A DNA stretch of 39,282 nucleotides. It comes from Octopus sinensis. Lineage: Eukaryota. Location: positions 1 to 39,282 of the forward strand of contig NW_021835740.1 in NCBI RefSeq assembly GCF_006345805.1, read 5' to 3'. A program made the position numbers and the translations under genes. This document shows positions 22,813 to 33,679 of the stretch, one piece after another (positions within the stretch are counted from its first letter, which is position 1; each line of letters opens with the position of its first letter). The notes under the pieces were generated by a model. That model had not been told where the DNA came from and did no database searches. It saw nothing but the letters and a program-made list of their open reading frames with translations.

Positions 22813-23860
22813 GTTATTATTATTATTATTGCATATAGGTACAACATATTAAACTGCTGGAAAAGAAAAATTCCTAACATCAGGATACAAGTAACCTTAG
22901 ATGCCAAGAACCCGCCTAAGTATTCTAGCTGTCCCTAATAACACTGTTTTCTGGAGCTGTACTAAACTAGATTTTATGCCTATTTCCTCTATCCATCTGT
23001 TCAAATCTTTAAGGTAGTTCCCAATGCATTTATAACTACAGGGGTACATTTTACTCGCACTTTCCATTGTCTCTGTAAATCAATGGCTAGGTTCTGGTAC
23101 ATTGACTTTCTCAACATTTGGGACTGTAAAGTCAATTATCTGGCATTTTCTATTCTCTTTGTCTACTACTACTAAATCAGGCCTTCTAGCTTCTATAAGG
23201 TTGTCCCAAAAGTTCGTAGAAAGTCTTGGAAAATAATGGTCTTTATTTTGAGGAATAATTTTTGTTGTTTTTGTTAGTACTTGGCGAGTAAAAATTCAAT
23301 TTTCGCAAGTGTTTACGAACTTTTGGGACAACCTAATATTACACTGTCCGTCTGAATGCTAAAGGCGCACAACATCTTATATTTCTTGCTTTCTAATACT
23401 TTACTAGGTTCATGGTCATACCATTTATTAATATGGTCAAATCTTAGCTTTCTACATAACTCCCAGTTTTTGTTTATCTTGGCTTTTATCCAAGTAGTCC
23501 TCAATGCTTGATCTTGTCCTGCTACTAATAAACTTTCTGCCTCCTTTTTCAGCCATCATTTCTGCAAACATAACTATGTCTCACTACTACTATTTCCTGC
23601 AACTACCTTTGGGAATCTACAATGCAAAGCCTCCTCTTGCCAGCCAGATAATCTTTTATCTGGTTATTAACTTCATTTGGATTTTCTATTTCTCTGTGTC
23701 CTACTTTGACTGCAGCAGCTCTAAATAAACTTTCTTCACTATTACCTACTTAGGAGGCAATGCCTACTCTAGCTAAGTCCACGTAGCCTTCTACTGATAT
23801 TAACCTTCTTCTACCTTCTTTTCTAGGTAAATATATCTTGCTACACCTGCTCTTGGGTGA
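22735..23860 (-). mobile_element. 5'-truncated R4/Dong-like (restriction-like endonuclease) LINE with (TAA)n tail
   Basis: Degenerate frames read [58 protein letters not shown] and LQKTVLLGTARILRRVL*, then a 3' UTR and (AAT)n at 22735-22830. Confidence 0.85.
23196..23336. mobile_element. 141-bp mariner-type MITE nested in the LINE
   Basis: TIRs T(A/T)AGGTTGTCCCAAAAGTTCGTA at both ends, TA duplication at 23194-95 and 23337-38. Confidence 0.92.
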
Positions 23861-24059
23861 CAAACAGACAGACAGACAGACAGGCAGGCAGATAGAGAGA
23901 TTGAGACAGACAGGTAGGCAGGCAGGCACACAGACAGATGAACGGACGGGTGGACAGACAAACAGACAAGCAGATTGGTATGTAGGTTGGTAGGTAGGTA
24001 GGTAGGTGGGCGGACAGGCAAACAGACAGACAGACAGACAGATAGACAGACAGACAGAC

Positions 24060-24123
<64 letters not shown>
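23860..24123. repeat. (GACA)/(GGCA)/(GGTA)/(GATA) compound microsatellite
   Basis: Direct reading. Confidence 0.95.
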
Positions 24124-24125
<2 letters not shown>

Positions 24126-24597
24126 TGCGAATTTTTTTTTATTTGATTTGATTTATGGGACAACAAATAAAATGTCTCTTGATGATATTAGAAATCGTCG
24201 TTTGCGTGACTTCAAAAAAATGTTGCTAGTTGAGTCCCATGCGTTAACTAACACTTTACCTAGCAAGCACATTGTGCGCTATAATTCCTTATCTTCTTTT
24301 GTACCAGCGGTCTAATCTTGTTATGAATTAATCATTTTTTTTTTTCAATTTTTAATGCGAAATATATGTCCCCGTTCACTATATAAACTATTACATTGGT
24401 TTATGAACGTGGGTATCCCTGGTGACTCTTGCGCTACAGAACAAATATTACATACATTCTATACCAACGAAGCCACCAATGATACACGTTAAAAAGTATT
24501 AAAATGCCCAGGTCTTTATAGATTTTTTCAATTATTTATCTTTTTTCCTACAGATTATATTTCTGGTTATATTATATAGTTAAGTATATCTTGCTAC

Positions 24598-24922
24598 GTG
24601 GAGGCGCAATGGCCCAGTGGTTAGGGTAGCGGACTCGCGGTCGGAGGATCGCGTTTTCGATTCCCAGACCGGGCATTGTGTGTGTTTATTGAGCGAAAAC
24701 ACCTAAAGCTCCACGAGGCTCCGGCAGGTGGTTGGTGGCGACCCCTGTTCTACTCTTCCACCCCAACTTTCTCTCACTCTCTCTTCCTGTTTCTTGAGTA
24801 ACGCTGCGATGGACTGGCGTCCCGTCCAGCTGGCGGGGAACATTTATGCCATAGAAACCGGGAAACCGGGCCCATGAGCCTGGCTAGGCTTGAAAAGGGC
24901 GCATAAATAAATAAATAAATAG
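24598..24922 (+). mobile_element. tRNA-derived SINE, S3 head with V-domain-like tail
   Basis: Head shared with 13333-13139; tail CTGCGATGGACTGGCGTCCCGTCCAG...AGAAACCGGG then (TAAA)n; TSD-like ATATCTTGCT on both sides. Confidence 0.88.
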
Positions 24923-25306
24923 ATAAATATCTTGCTGCAGCCGCTATTGGGTGACTGACTGATAAACAGACAGGCATGCAGGCAGATACACAGACAGACA
25001 CTCAGACGGAGAGACGGACAGACAGGTAGCCCATCAAAGCTTGATTTTCGCAAAATATTATTTTATAGAGGGCAGCACTGTCATTTCCATCACTGAGTGG
25101 AGATGACAGTAGCTTGTGCACTCCTTACCAAATCCTATCTCAGCTTCCATTGATTCAAGTTGGAAACCACCCGAGAAATTCAAAGAAAAAATATGTTCTG
25201 TACATTTCCTAAAAGTCGAAGAATGTATTTCGAAACACAGTTAAGCAAAACACCCTAAAAAGAACATTTGCATTGAGAGTCACTGGTGAGTCCAATGGTA
25301 TATATG

Positions 25307-25783
25307 AAAGGCGTCGAGCTGGCAGAATCGTTAGCACGCCGAGCGAAATGCGTAGCCGTATTTCGTCTGCCGTTACGTTCCGAGTTCAAATTCCGCCGAG
25401 GTCGACTTTGCCTTTCATCCTTTCGGGGTCGATAAATTAAGTACCAGTTACGCACTGGGGTCGATGTAATCGACTTAATACCTATCTCTGTCCTTGTTTG
25501 TCCCCTCTGTGTTTAGCCCCTTGTGGGTAATAAAGAAATAGGTATATATAAAAGGTGGCGAGCTGGCAGAATCGTTAGCACGCCGGGCGAAATGCGTAGC
25601 CGTATTTCGTCTGCCGTTACGTTCTGAGTTCAAATTCCGCCGAGGTCGACTTTGCCTTTCATCCTTTCGGGGTCGATAAATTAAGTACCAGTTACACACT
25701 GCGGTCGATGTAATCGACTTAATCCGTTTGTCTATCCTTGTTTGTCCTCTCAGTGTTTAGCCCCTTGTGGGTAGTAAAGAAAT
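25307..25783 (+). mobile_element. Head-to-tail dimer of full-length S2 SINEs
   Basis: 25307-25540 and 25553-25783 each begin AGG(C/T)G(T/G)CGAGCTGGCAGAATCG and end AAAGAAATA; short TA-rich linker. Confidence 0.92.
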
Positions 25784-26259
25784 ATATATATAGCATGAGG
25801 AGTCACCGGTGACTCCCATGGTAGGCAACATGCTAATTGCCAGGCGCATTTACTGCTGTTACCATTAAACGAGATAGATATGGATGGATACGTGTCACCT
25901 GTGTTCTTGTCTATATCCAGATAATGTTATAGAAACTGTCACATGCGAACGAAGTTATTGTAGCATATGGTCACCTGGAACAATACCATGGGAATAACTT
26001 ACTTTTTTTACCACGCACCACTTCAGGCATTTCAGTATAAACTGTTTATTTTCACAGCATTCAGATATTCTATACTATTTTTTCACAGGACTTTCATTTC
26101 CTCCGCCACACCCACTATTCCACCCAATATTCCTGGGGAAGTCGGGGTTGTGGGGTAGAGTCTTCAGGCCCCTTTCCATTGGGTCCTATCAAAAACAACC
26201 CTCATTACACTTTCCGGATGGATTCTCAAGCGCGACCAACTGAAACTATTCTCTCTCGC

Positions 26260-26468
26260 TTTTACTCTTTTACTTGTTTCAGTCATTTGACTGCGGCCAT
26301 GCTGGAGCACCGCCTTTAGTCGAGCAAATCGACCCCGGGACTTATTCTTTGTAAGCCCAGGACTTATTCTATTGGTCTCTTTTTGCCGAATCGCTAAGTG
26401 ACGGGGACGTAAACACACCAGCATCGGATGTCAAGTAATGCTAGGGGGATAAACACAAACACACACGC

Positions 26469-26543
<75 letters not shown>

Positions 26544-26707
26544 CGACAGGCTTCTTTCAGTTTCCGTCTACCAAATCCACTCACAAGGCATTGGTCGGCC
26601 CGGGGCTATAGCAGAAGACACTTGCCCAAGATGCCACGCAGTGGGACTGAACCTGGTACCATGTGGTTGGTTAGCAAGCTACTTACCACACAGCCACTCC
26701 TGCGCCT
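26260..26707 (-). mobile_element. Full-length S1 SINE
   Basis: Aligns with 18722-19128; internal (CATA)(TA)n. Confidence 0.9.
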
Positions 26708-26849
26708 GGATATCATCCAACCATCTTGTTCTTGGTCTACCACTTCGTTTCCTGCCGTTTGGCTCGACTTGAAGAATCCGTTTTGGGATTCTTTCCTACG
26801 ACATCCTAATTACATTTCTGTAATACCGGATCTGTGACCTCTCACCGGA

Positions 26850-27168
26850 CTTTCGTCATCAAACTCCTCGTCGCAAAAGCTACTGTCACACTTCTCTCTC
26901 GCCAAACTTTCCGTCACCAAGACTTTTCGCAGCCATACATACCGCCATCAAAGATTTCATCGCCAAACTTTCCGTCGCTAAATTTTTCGTCGCTAAAATT
27001 CCAACGCTGTGCATACCACTGCCAAGCATTTGATCGCCAAATGTTGTTAAACTTTTCGCCGTCACGCATACCTTCACCAAACTTCTCGTCGTTAAATTTT
27101 TCGGCGCCAAAATTTTGTTACCAAATTTTTCGACGCCATGCATGTCGTCGCCACAATTCCGTCATTAA
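26850..27168. repeat. Degenerate ~15-bp minisatellite (consensus ~AAACTTTCCGTCGCC)
   Basis: Units such as AAACTTTCCGTCACC, AAACTTTCCGTCGCT, AAATTTTTCGTCGCT, AAACTTCTCGTCGTT, AAATTTTTCGGCGCC. Confidence 0.8.
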
Positions 27169-27521
27169 ACTGTTCACTACAGTTCTTATTTTTCGCTGGA
27201 CAAATTTATTATCATTAACGTTCTCTGTTTTCTAAAAAAAAAAATATTATTTTTCCATTAAAATAAAGTACAGTTGTTTCAAAAAATATTTGTGTTGGTT
27301 TTATTTCCTTTTAAATAAAGAACAATTTCGTATATTCGACATCGAAAAGTCTTGCAATATATGATTTACGTTCTGAGTTAATATTCTACTGAAGTCAACA
27401 GTACTTTAATCTTTTCGGGGTCGATAAAATTAATATCTGTTGAGTACTGGAAGCGATGTTATCGATGTGCTCCCTCCTCTAAAATACTAGGCCTTATGAC
27501 ATTTTAATATTGATAAATTTC

Positions 27522-27632
27522 AAGGCGGCCAGCTGGCAGAAACGCTAGCACGCCGGGCGAAATGCTTAGCGGTATTTCGTCTGCCGCTACATTCTGAGAT
27601 CAAATTCAGCCGAGGTCGACTTTGCCTTTCAT
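27522..27632 (+). mobile_element. S2 SINE 5' half
   Basis: AAGGCGGCCAGCTGGCAGAAACG...GCCTTTCAT; an older degenerate copy precedes it at ~27365-27500. Confidence 0.8.
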
Positions 27633-27937
27633 TGATGTGTACCGCTTTATTCTGTTTGATCTGGATGTTCCTAAATAACTAGTTAATAAATTATATGAAT
27701 TGGTATTATCTAGTAGTTGATGATTGAAAGAAGTCTATTCCTCCATTTTCATATTTTTTGTATTATGAATTTGAGGAAAAACATTTTACCCTCGCCCATG
27801 TAATACAATAAATGAATTAATTGCATTGCAATTCTTAGCATTTATGTATTAGCCTTTCTGGGTACTTTACTGGCAGTATATTGGATAAATGATATCCCAT
27901 AGTGGGTTACACTCATAACCCCTATCTCACTTTGTAA

Positions 27938-27993
<56 letters not shown>

Positions 27994-28373
27994 TATGAAT
28001 TAAAAAATGGAGTTTTTTTAAACAATATTAATAGCGTTCTGTCTATCGCTATACAAATCCATCATTTTTTGCTAAAATGTCTTATTGACGAGTTTCGTTT
28101 TTTTCACTTTCCTGAGGAGAAAAGATTGCATTGTTTATACCATTTATTCTTTTGAATAGTATCAGTGGAATTTTCGAAACTGTGTCGAAAGTAAAAATAT
28201 TTGATTACACCTGCGTTAACTCCATTTTTTAATTATATTATTCAAAATATTCAACGTAAACACGAAGTTTCTACCTTTATAAACAAGAGTTACAACACCT
28301 TACTTGTGAGATTTTTGCTGCCCTGGTAACTATTTATTATTTTCCGTGTTAATTGTAACAAAGTAAAAATACA

Positions 28374-28459
<86 letters not shown>

Positions 28460-28544
28460 GAGAGAGAGAAGAGGAGATTACAACTTTTTATAATTTTCTC
28501 GACAATGCAGACTTTAATGAATGCTTTCCTTTAGAATAACATAT

Positions 28545-29602
28545 TGTTACGACCTGCCGTCGCTCAAACTCTTCGGAAACCCAGGACCCTACCAAGTCGA
28601 GCGACGACGATTGACCGGCTCGATCGAACGGGGAATTCGCCACGGAACGAGAGAATTCGGTGGGGGAGAATGGCAGCGAACCCGGCAACCGGCGACGGAG
28701 AGAACAGCAACAACAACAACAGCAGGAAGAGATACAGAGAGAGACGGCGGAAGGCAATTGGCCTACGTTTAAAAATAGTTTATAACAATTACGACATCAA
28801 ATACAATGAGATACATATCAGAGATACGTTAAAGAAAATAACATGCAAGAAAACAACAAAATCAAAGCATTTAAACAGTTCACGTCGAATCAAAACAAAT
28901 AATGTCACATTAAAGTCTTTCTCTTTCTTTCTCTATTCAACACAGTTCTTTCTTTTCTTTCCTCCTTTTTTCTCTTTTTTTTTCACATCAATTCTCTTTT
29001 TAGTTCAACAATTCTTTTCACAATGTCTTTTACAATCTCATTTCTTTTCTTTAACAAACTCTTTTTAACACAATTCTCATCAAAGCATAAACAACACATA
29101 CCGTTACATTTTCTAGTTACAACAATTTCAGAAACTCCCACTACGAATAGCCAATGCCTTCATGCCGTAATCCCCCTCTCTCCGTTCCTTAATCCTATCT
29201 GCCTGTCTTCCTCTACGCTGTCATCCTCTCGTTGTCTGTATGTCTTTCTCAACGATGTAGTTGCCTTCGCCATCGCCACCTGCTTGGCCGACCGTCCGCA
29301 TCGCTCCTGTCTCTCACGCCAGCTACCCTGTTGTCAACTCCTCTGTTCTCGACTGCCTCACCGACTGACTGCTCGACTACAATCCCAACTGCCGACTGAC
29401 TCCAAAAAGTCCAGCGCGTCGCGTTTTTAAAGGGGTGGTTCCTCGACCCTTCTTTGACCGGAACAAGGCCAAAGGTCTCCTCCGAATACATAAACCTCCC
29501 CAGAAACTGACAGAACAAAAGATTTACCCGTCTCCCTGACGCCAGATCACAAAAGTAGGTCGCAGCACTCTTATTTTCTGAACTGAACTGACCTCCATAT
29601 CA
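28545..29602 (-). repeat. 3' LTR (TG...CA)
   Basis: Minus strand TGATATGG...CGTAACA; about 25-30 differences from the other LTR by eye. Confidence 0.95.
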
Positions 29603-29615
29603 CTACCCCTTCCCT
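29603..29615 (-). other. Polypurine tract
   Basis: AGGGAAGGGGTAG immediately upstream of the 3' LTR TG. Confidence 0.85.
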
Positions 29616-29699
29616 AAGCTTTGTCGACCCGACAGAAGCACACTAAACCCGTACCTCCGAGGGCGAGCTCCAGCTGATGCTCCAGGAACTGGAGGTCTC

Positions 29700-30230
29700 C
29701 TTGGGTAGTTTCTCTTCCGGAGGTCTCGCTTCCCACGGCCACCACTTCACCACCGGCCACAAGTTGGCATCTTCCCTCTGCGCCCTGGGTAACGGCCCCG
29801 CCAAGGCCGCGAGGCTTCCCACGAGCCGCCTACAATAATTGCACCGTCCGAGGAAGTTCCTTAACTCCCTCACACAGGCAGGGTCCAGCCAATCCTTCAC
29901 AGTGGCCACCTCCCTCAGCGCTCTATATCCCACGTAGCACCTTGCTGTGCCGTCTTCGTTCCGCGCAACTATCGCCGACGACCAGGAACCATTCCGCTTT
30001 TCCACTGTTCCCTGTCACCGATATCTCCTCGATTTTCGCAGCCGAACTGGGTCCATCCTCCGACCCTGCTGCCTCCTCGAGCAACGACCGCCTGGGTTGA
30101 TGAAGCACTCCGCCAGGTCCGTGCGACCAACATCCGACAACCCTCGCGACCAACGTCCTGCGCTTTTCACCAACATTCGAGGGCCAACGAAGCACCGGCG
30201 ACTCCTTGCGGACCGCCTCCGCAACTGCAT
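29700..30230 (-). pseudogene. Gypsy pol relic with RT catalytic core deleted
   Basis: SRGLSDVGRTDL...RQQGRR, then GSWSSAIVARNEDGTARCYVGYRAL fused directly to VATVKDWLDP..VRELRNFLGRCNYCRRL; no YxDD region, RNase H or integrase recognised. Confidence 0.8.
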
Positions 30231-30797
30231 AGGCAGATCACCAACTCCTTCAACTGCATTACTGTATTGGCAGAACTGGCCCTGCGCTGGTTCACCGTCC
30301 GGCGCAGTTCCCCGATTTGCCCTCTACAAATCGCCTGCGCAGCCTCCAATAAATCGGCCGACCCAACCAGCGCTCCGTCAGCTTCTGCCTCTACCAGGGT
30401 CCACTCGACCCTCACTCGAGCTCTCAGCATGCACTGCCTATCGGGCTCCACCAGCCCCAAGCAACCATCGAACACAAAGCTCACCCGAGTGCCAACCAAG
30501 CACCGGCGACTCCTTGCAGACCGCTTCCGCAACTGCACAGGCAGACCACCAACTCCTTTGACTGCGTTACTGTATTGGCAGAACTGGCCCTGCCGCTGGT
30601 TCACCATCTGGCACGATTCCTCGATTTGTCCTCTACAAATCGCTTGTGCCACTTCCAAGAGATCCGCTGACCCAGCCAGCGCTCTGTCAGCTTCTGCCTC
30701 TACCAGGGTCCACCCGACCCTCACTTGAGCTTTCACTAGGCACCGCCTGTCGGGCTCCACCAGCCCCAAGCAGCCATCAACCACAAAGCTCACCCAA
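30181..30797 (-). repeat. Two ~309-bp tandem units, protease-like relic
   Basis: Offset 308-309; translate as 103-aa repeats starting VSFVVDG / GTRVSFVFDG. Confidence 0.85.
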
Positions 30798-30799
30798 CA

Positions 30800-31558
30800 C
30801 TAGAGCAGTCTTCCCGTTCTTTGTAGTCCTACCACCGTTCGCCGCCGTCTCGCCTCGTCACCAGGCTTGGCCCTCTTCGTCACCATCTTCCGCACCGAAG
30901 GCTTCACCAAACGCAAGTTCCTCCGACAGTCCATCCACACCTGTGGCCCCTCCACAGTGAGCACCATACAGTCCTTCTGAGCCCCGAGAGACAGGGGTCC
31001 AGACACCAAAGGACTCAGACACGGAACATCAACCGCAGCGGCCACCACACACACAGCTGGCTCCTTGGACTCAGTGACATCAGCTCCAGACTTCACAAGC
31101 TCACACTCAGCAAGCTTTTCGTCCTGAGTCCCGAAAGACAGGGGTCGAGATGCCAAAGGCTCCAGACACGAAACAACAGCAGCAGACAACACACACTCAA
31201 CAGGCTCCTCGGGCTTCTCAATATCAGACTCAGCGGGCCTTTCGGGTCCAGCATCCACCACAGGTTCAACATCACAGGGCTCCTCCGACCCACACTCTTC
31301 ACTTTCCACTTCATTTGACGGGCAATCTCCGCCCACAGGACCATCCCTATCCCCGGTCCAACACCGATCCTCCAAGGCTGACCCATCCGCAACCTCAAGC
31401 TCTTGCTGATCTGCCCACAGGCCCTGTCGCCTTCTACGCATCTCTTCGTTGAATGCGCGTGTCTGCGCAATCTGGCCCCTCAACATCTCCACAATCAAGG
31501 CCAGCGAGATCTCTTTCTCTCCAATCTGGCTACCAGTTCGTGCCTCCACCGAATCCAT
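30800..31558 (-). CDS. gag-position ORF of the LTR element, ~252 aa from MDSVEA (283 aa from upstream ATG in the LTR)
   Basis: Open frame directly after the PBS; coiled-coil-like N-terminus, acidic middle, internal repeat (EPVECV..PCLxPLxSxPLSxGxQ); no CCHC knuckle seen. Confidence 0.55.
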   Translation of the reverse strand: MDSVEARTGSQIGEKEISLALIVEMLRGQIAQTRAFNEEMRRRRQGLWADQQELEVADGSALEDRCWTGDRDGPVGGDCPSNEVESEECGSEEPCDVEPVVDAGPERPAESDIEKPEEPVECVLSAAVVSCLEPLASRPLSFGTQDEKLAECELVKSGADVTESKEPAVCVVAAAVDVPCLSPLVSGPLSLGAQKDCMVLTVEGPQVWMDCRRNLRLVKPSVRKMVTKRAKPGDEARRRRTVVGLQRTGRLL

Positions 31559-31592
31559 AGCGAACAACCGATCGACCGCAGCAATCAGGACA

Positions 31593-31610
31593 ATCCCACT
31601 TCTGACACCA
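31593..31610 (-). other. Primer-binding site complementary to tRNA-Leu(CAA) 3' end
   Basis: TGGTGTCAGAAGTGGGAT two nt inside the 5' LTR; matches the conserved ...ATCCCACTTCTGACACCA end of metazoan tRNA-Leu(CAA). Confidence 0.9.
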
Positions 31611-31612
31611 GT

Positions 31613-32666
31613 TGTTACGAACCTGCCGTCACTCAAACTCTTCGGAAACACGGGACCCTACCAAGTCGAGCGACGACGATTGACCGGCTCGATCGAACGG
31701 GGAATTCGCCACGGAACGAGAGAATTCGGTGGGGGAGAATGGCAGCGAACTCGGCAACCGGCGACCGGAAAGAACAACAACAACAACAGCAGGAGGAGAT
31801 ACAGAGAGAGACGACGGAAGGCAATTGGCCTACGTTTAAAAATAGTTTATAACAATTACGACATCAAATACAATGTGATACATATCAGAGATACGTTAAA
31901 GAAAATAACATGCAAGAAAACAACAAAATCAAAGCATTTAAACAGTTCACGTCGAATCAAAACAAATAATGTTCACATTAAAGTCTTTCTCTTTCTTTCT
32001 CTATTCAACACAGTTCTTTCTTTTTCTTCCTTCCTTTTTTTTTTTTTTCACATCAATTCTCTTTTTAGTTCAACAATTCTTTTCACAATGTCTTTTACAA
32101 TCTCATTTCTTTTCTTTAACAACTCTTTTTAACACAATTCTCATCAAAGCATAAACAACACATACCGTTACATTTTCTAGTTACAACAATTTCAGAAACT
32201 CCCACTACGAATAGCCAATGCCTTCATGCCGTAATCCCTCTCTCTCAGTTCCTTAATCCTATCTGCCTGTCTTCCTCTACGCTGTCATCCTCTCGCTGTC
32301 TGTCTGTCTTTCTCAACGATGTAGTTGCCTTCGCCATCGCCACCTGCTTGGCCGACCGTCCGCATCGCTCCTGTCTCTCACGCCAGCTACCCTGTTGTCA
32401 ACTCCTCTGTTCTCGACTGCCTCACCGACTGACTGCTCGACTACAATCCCAACTGCCGACTAACTCCAAAAAGTCCAGCGCGTCGCGTTTTTAAAGGGGT
32501 GGTTCCTCGACCCTTCTTTGACCGGAACAAGACCAAAGGTCTCCTCCGAATACATAAACCTCCCCAGAAACTGACAGAACAAAAGATTTACCCGTCTCCC
32601 TGACGTCAGATCACAAAAGTAGGTCGCAGGGCTCTTATTTTCTGAACTGAACTGACCTCCATATTA
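31613..32666 (-). repeat. 5' LTR
   Basis: Direct repeat of 28545-29602; terminal TG mutated to TA. Confidence 0.95.
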
Positions 32667-32959
32667 ATATTAATAACTAATTAATAAACAGCTTTCTTTA
32701 TTATAGCTGATTATGACATAGCATCATTATCTATTCCTATTTCCTAATGAACAGTGCGGTGCTAGTTACCTAGTGTCCCTGGAACCGTTCATTACAACAA
32801 AAAGGTGAACCATCTGTAAAATCAAACACAATTTATGGATTGAATATGTTAAAAGCACAAAATTTGAATGCAACATTTGATGCTGTGTTTCACTTGTTGA
32901 ATACAGAAGAAAGTACTTTAATTTTCTGCTGTGTCAAGGAAGAGTCCTTTTGTTCTTGT

Positions 32960-33185
32960 GCCTTATAATTTAACACACTCACCGCTAAAATTTCCACTTA
33001 TTTCTTATATTTATTTTCCTGAAATTTTCGTTGTCTTTTCAATAGTCTTGACTCTGTTAAATTATAAGGCAAACAAAAAAAGAAAAGAAAATGGCTCTCC
33101 CCAGACACAACAGAATATGCTTCAACACACGAACTCACATAAAGAATCTTGCAAACCAAATCCGAAATCGAAATACTTCGATATT
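32960..33185. mobile_element. Dispersed repeat related to the 1-453 palindrome family
   Basis: Shares TTATAATTTAACAC..CACC..TAAAATTTCC, CTCTCCCCAGACACAACAG and GCAAACCAAATCC; carries a 16-bp inverted repeat GCCTTATAATTTAACA (32960-75 / 33055-70). Confidence 0.7.
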
Positions 33186-33196
33186 TTTCTGTAGTA

Positions 33197-33429
33197 AGGC
33201 GGCGACCTGGTAGAAACGTTAGCACGCCGGGCAAAATGCTTAGAGGTATTTCGTCTGCCGCTACGTTCTGAGTTCAAATTCCGCCGAGGTCGACTTTGCC
33301 TTTCATCCTTTCGGGGGTCGATAAACTAAGTACCAGTTCCGCACTGGGGTCGATGTAATCGACTTAATCCCTTTGTCTGTCCTTCTTTGTCCTCTCTGTG
33401 TTTAGCCCCTTGTGGGTAGTAAAGAAATA
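33197..33429 (+). mobile_element. Full-length S2 SINE
   Basis: Aligns with 25553-25783. Confidence 0.9.
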
Positions 33430-33679
33430 GGTATTTAGGACTATACTATCTAACGATGTTGTTGCTCAGCTCCCAACATAACAATCCCGTTTCTTTAACA
33501 GTGTGGAGGAGGTTATATTATATAACATTATATTATATTAGCATACCTGTGTCATCAAATATGCTGGCTTCAAGGCAGTCAGTGATAGCTTCAAGGCAGT
33601 CAGTGAGTATGTTAGTGGTTGCAGAGAGAGAAGAAGAGCCAAGGAGTCCCGTCCTTTATCACCCTGTGTTATAATGTTT

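Larger units (their letters stand above)
28545..32666 (-). mobile_element. Complete non-autonomous Ty3/Gypsy-type LTR retrotransposon (4.1 kb)
   Basis: Two ~1055-bp LTRs, 4-bp TSD ATAT (28541-44, 32667-70), PBS and PPT correctly placed, ~2-kb interior with gag-like ORF and decayed pro/RT remnants. Confidence 0.95.

Noticed and set aside
25307-25783. Repeated ~230-bp units as a CRISPR-like or satellite array
   Set aside because: They are dispersed SINE copies in a eukaryotic context; no short repeat-spacer periodicity or cas genes.
28544-29068. 174-aa and 227-aa ORFs (also 31449-32132) on the plus strand
   Set aside because: Antisense frames through low-complexity LTR sequence; their similarity reflects the LTR duplication.
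33560-33612. 21-bp direct duplication GCTTCAAGGCAGTCAGTGA
   Set aside because: Two copies only; an ordinary slippage duplication with no further structure.
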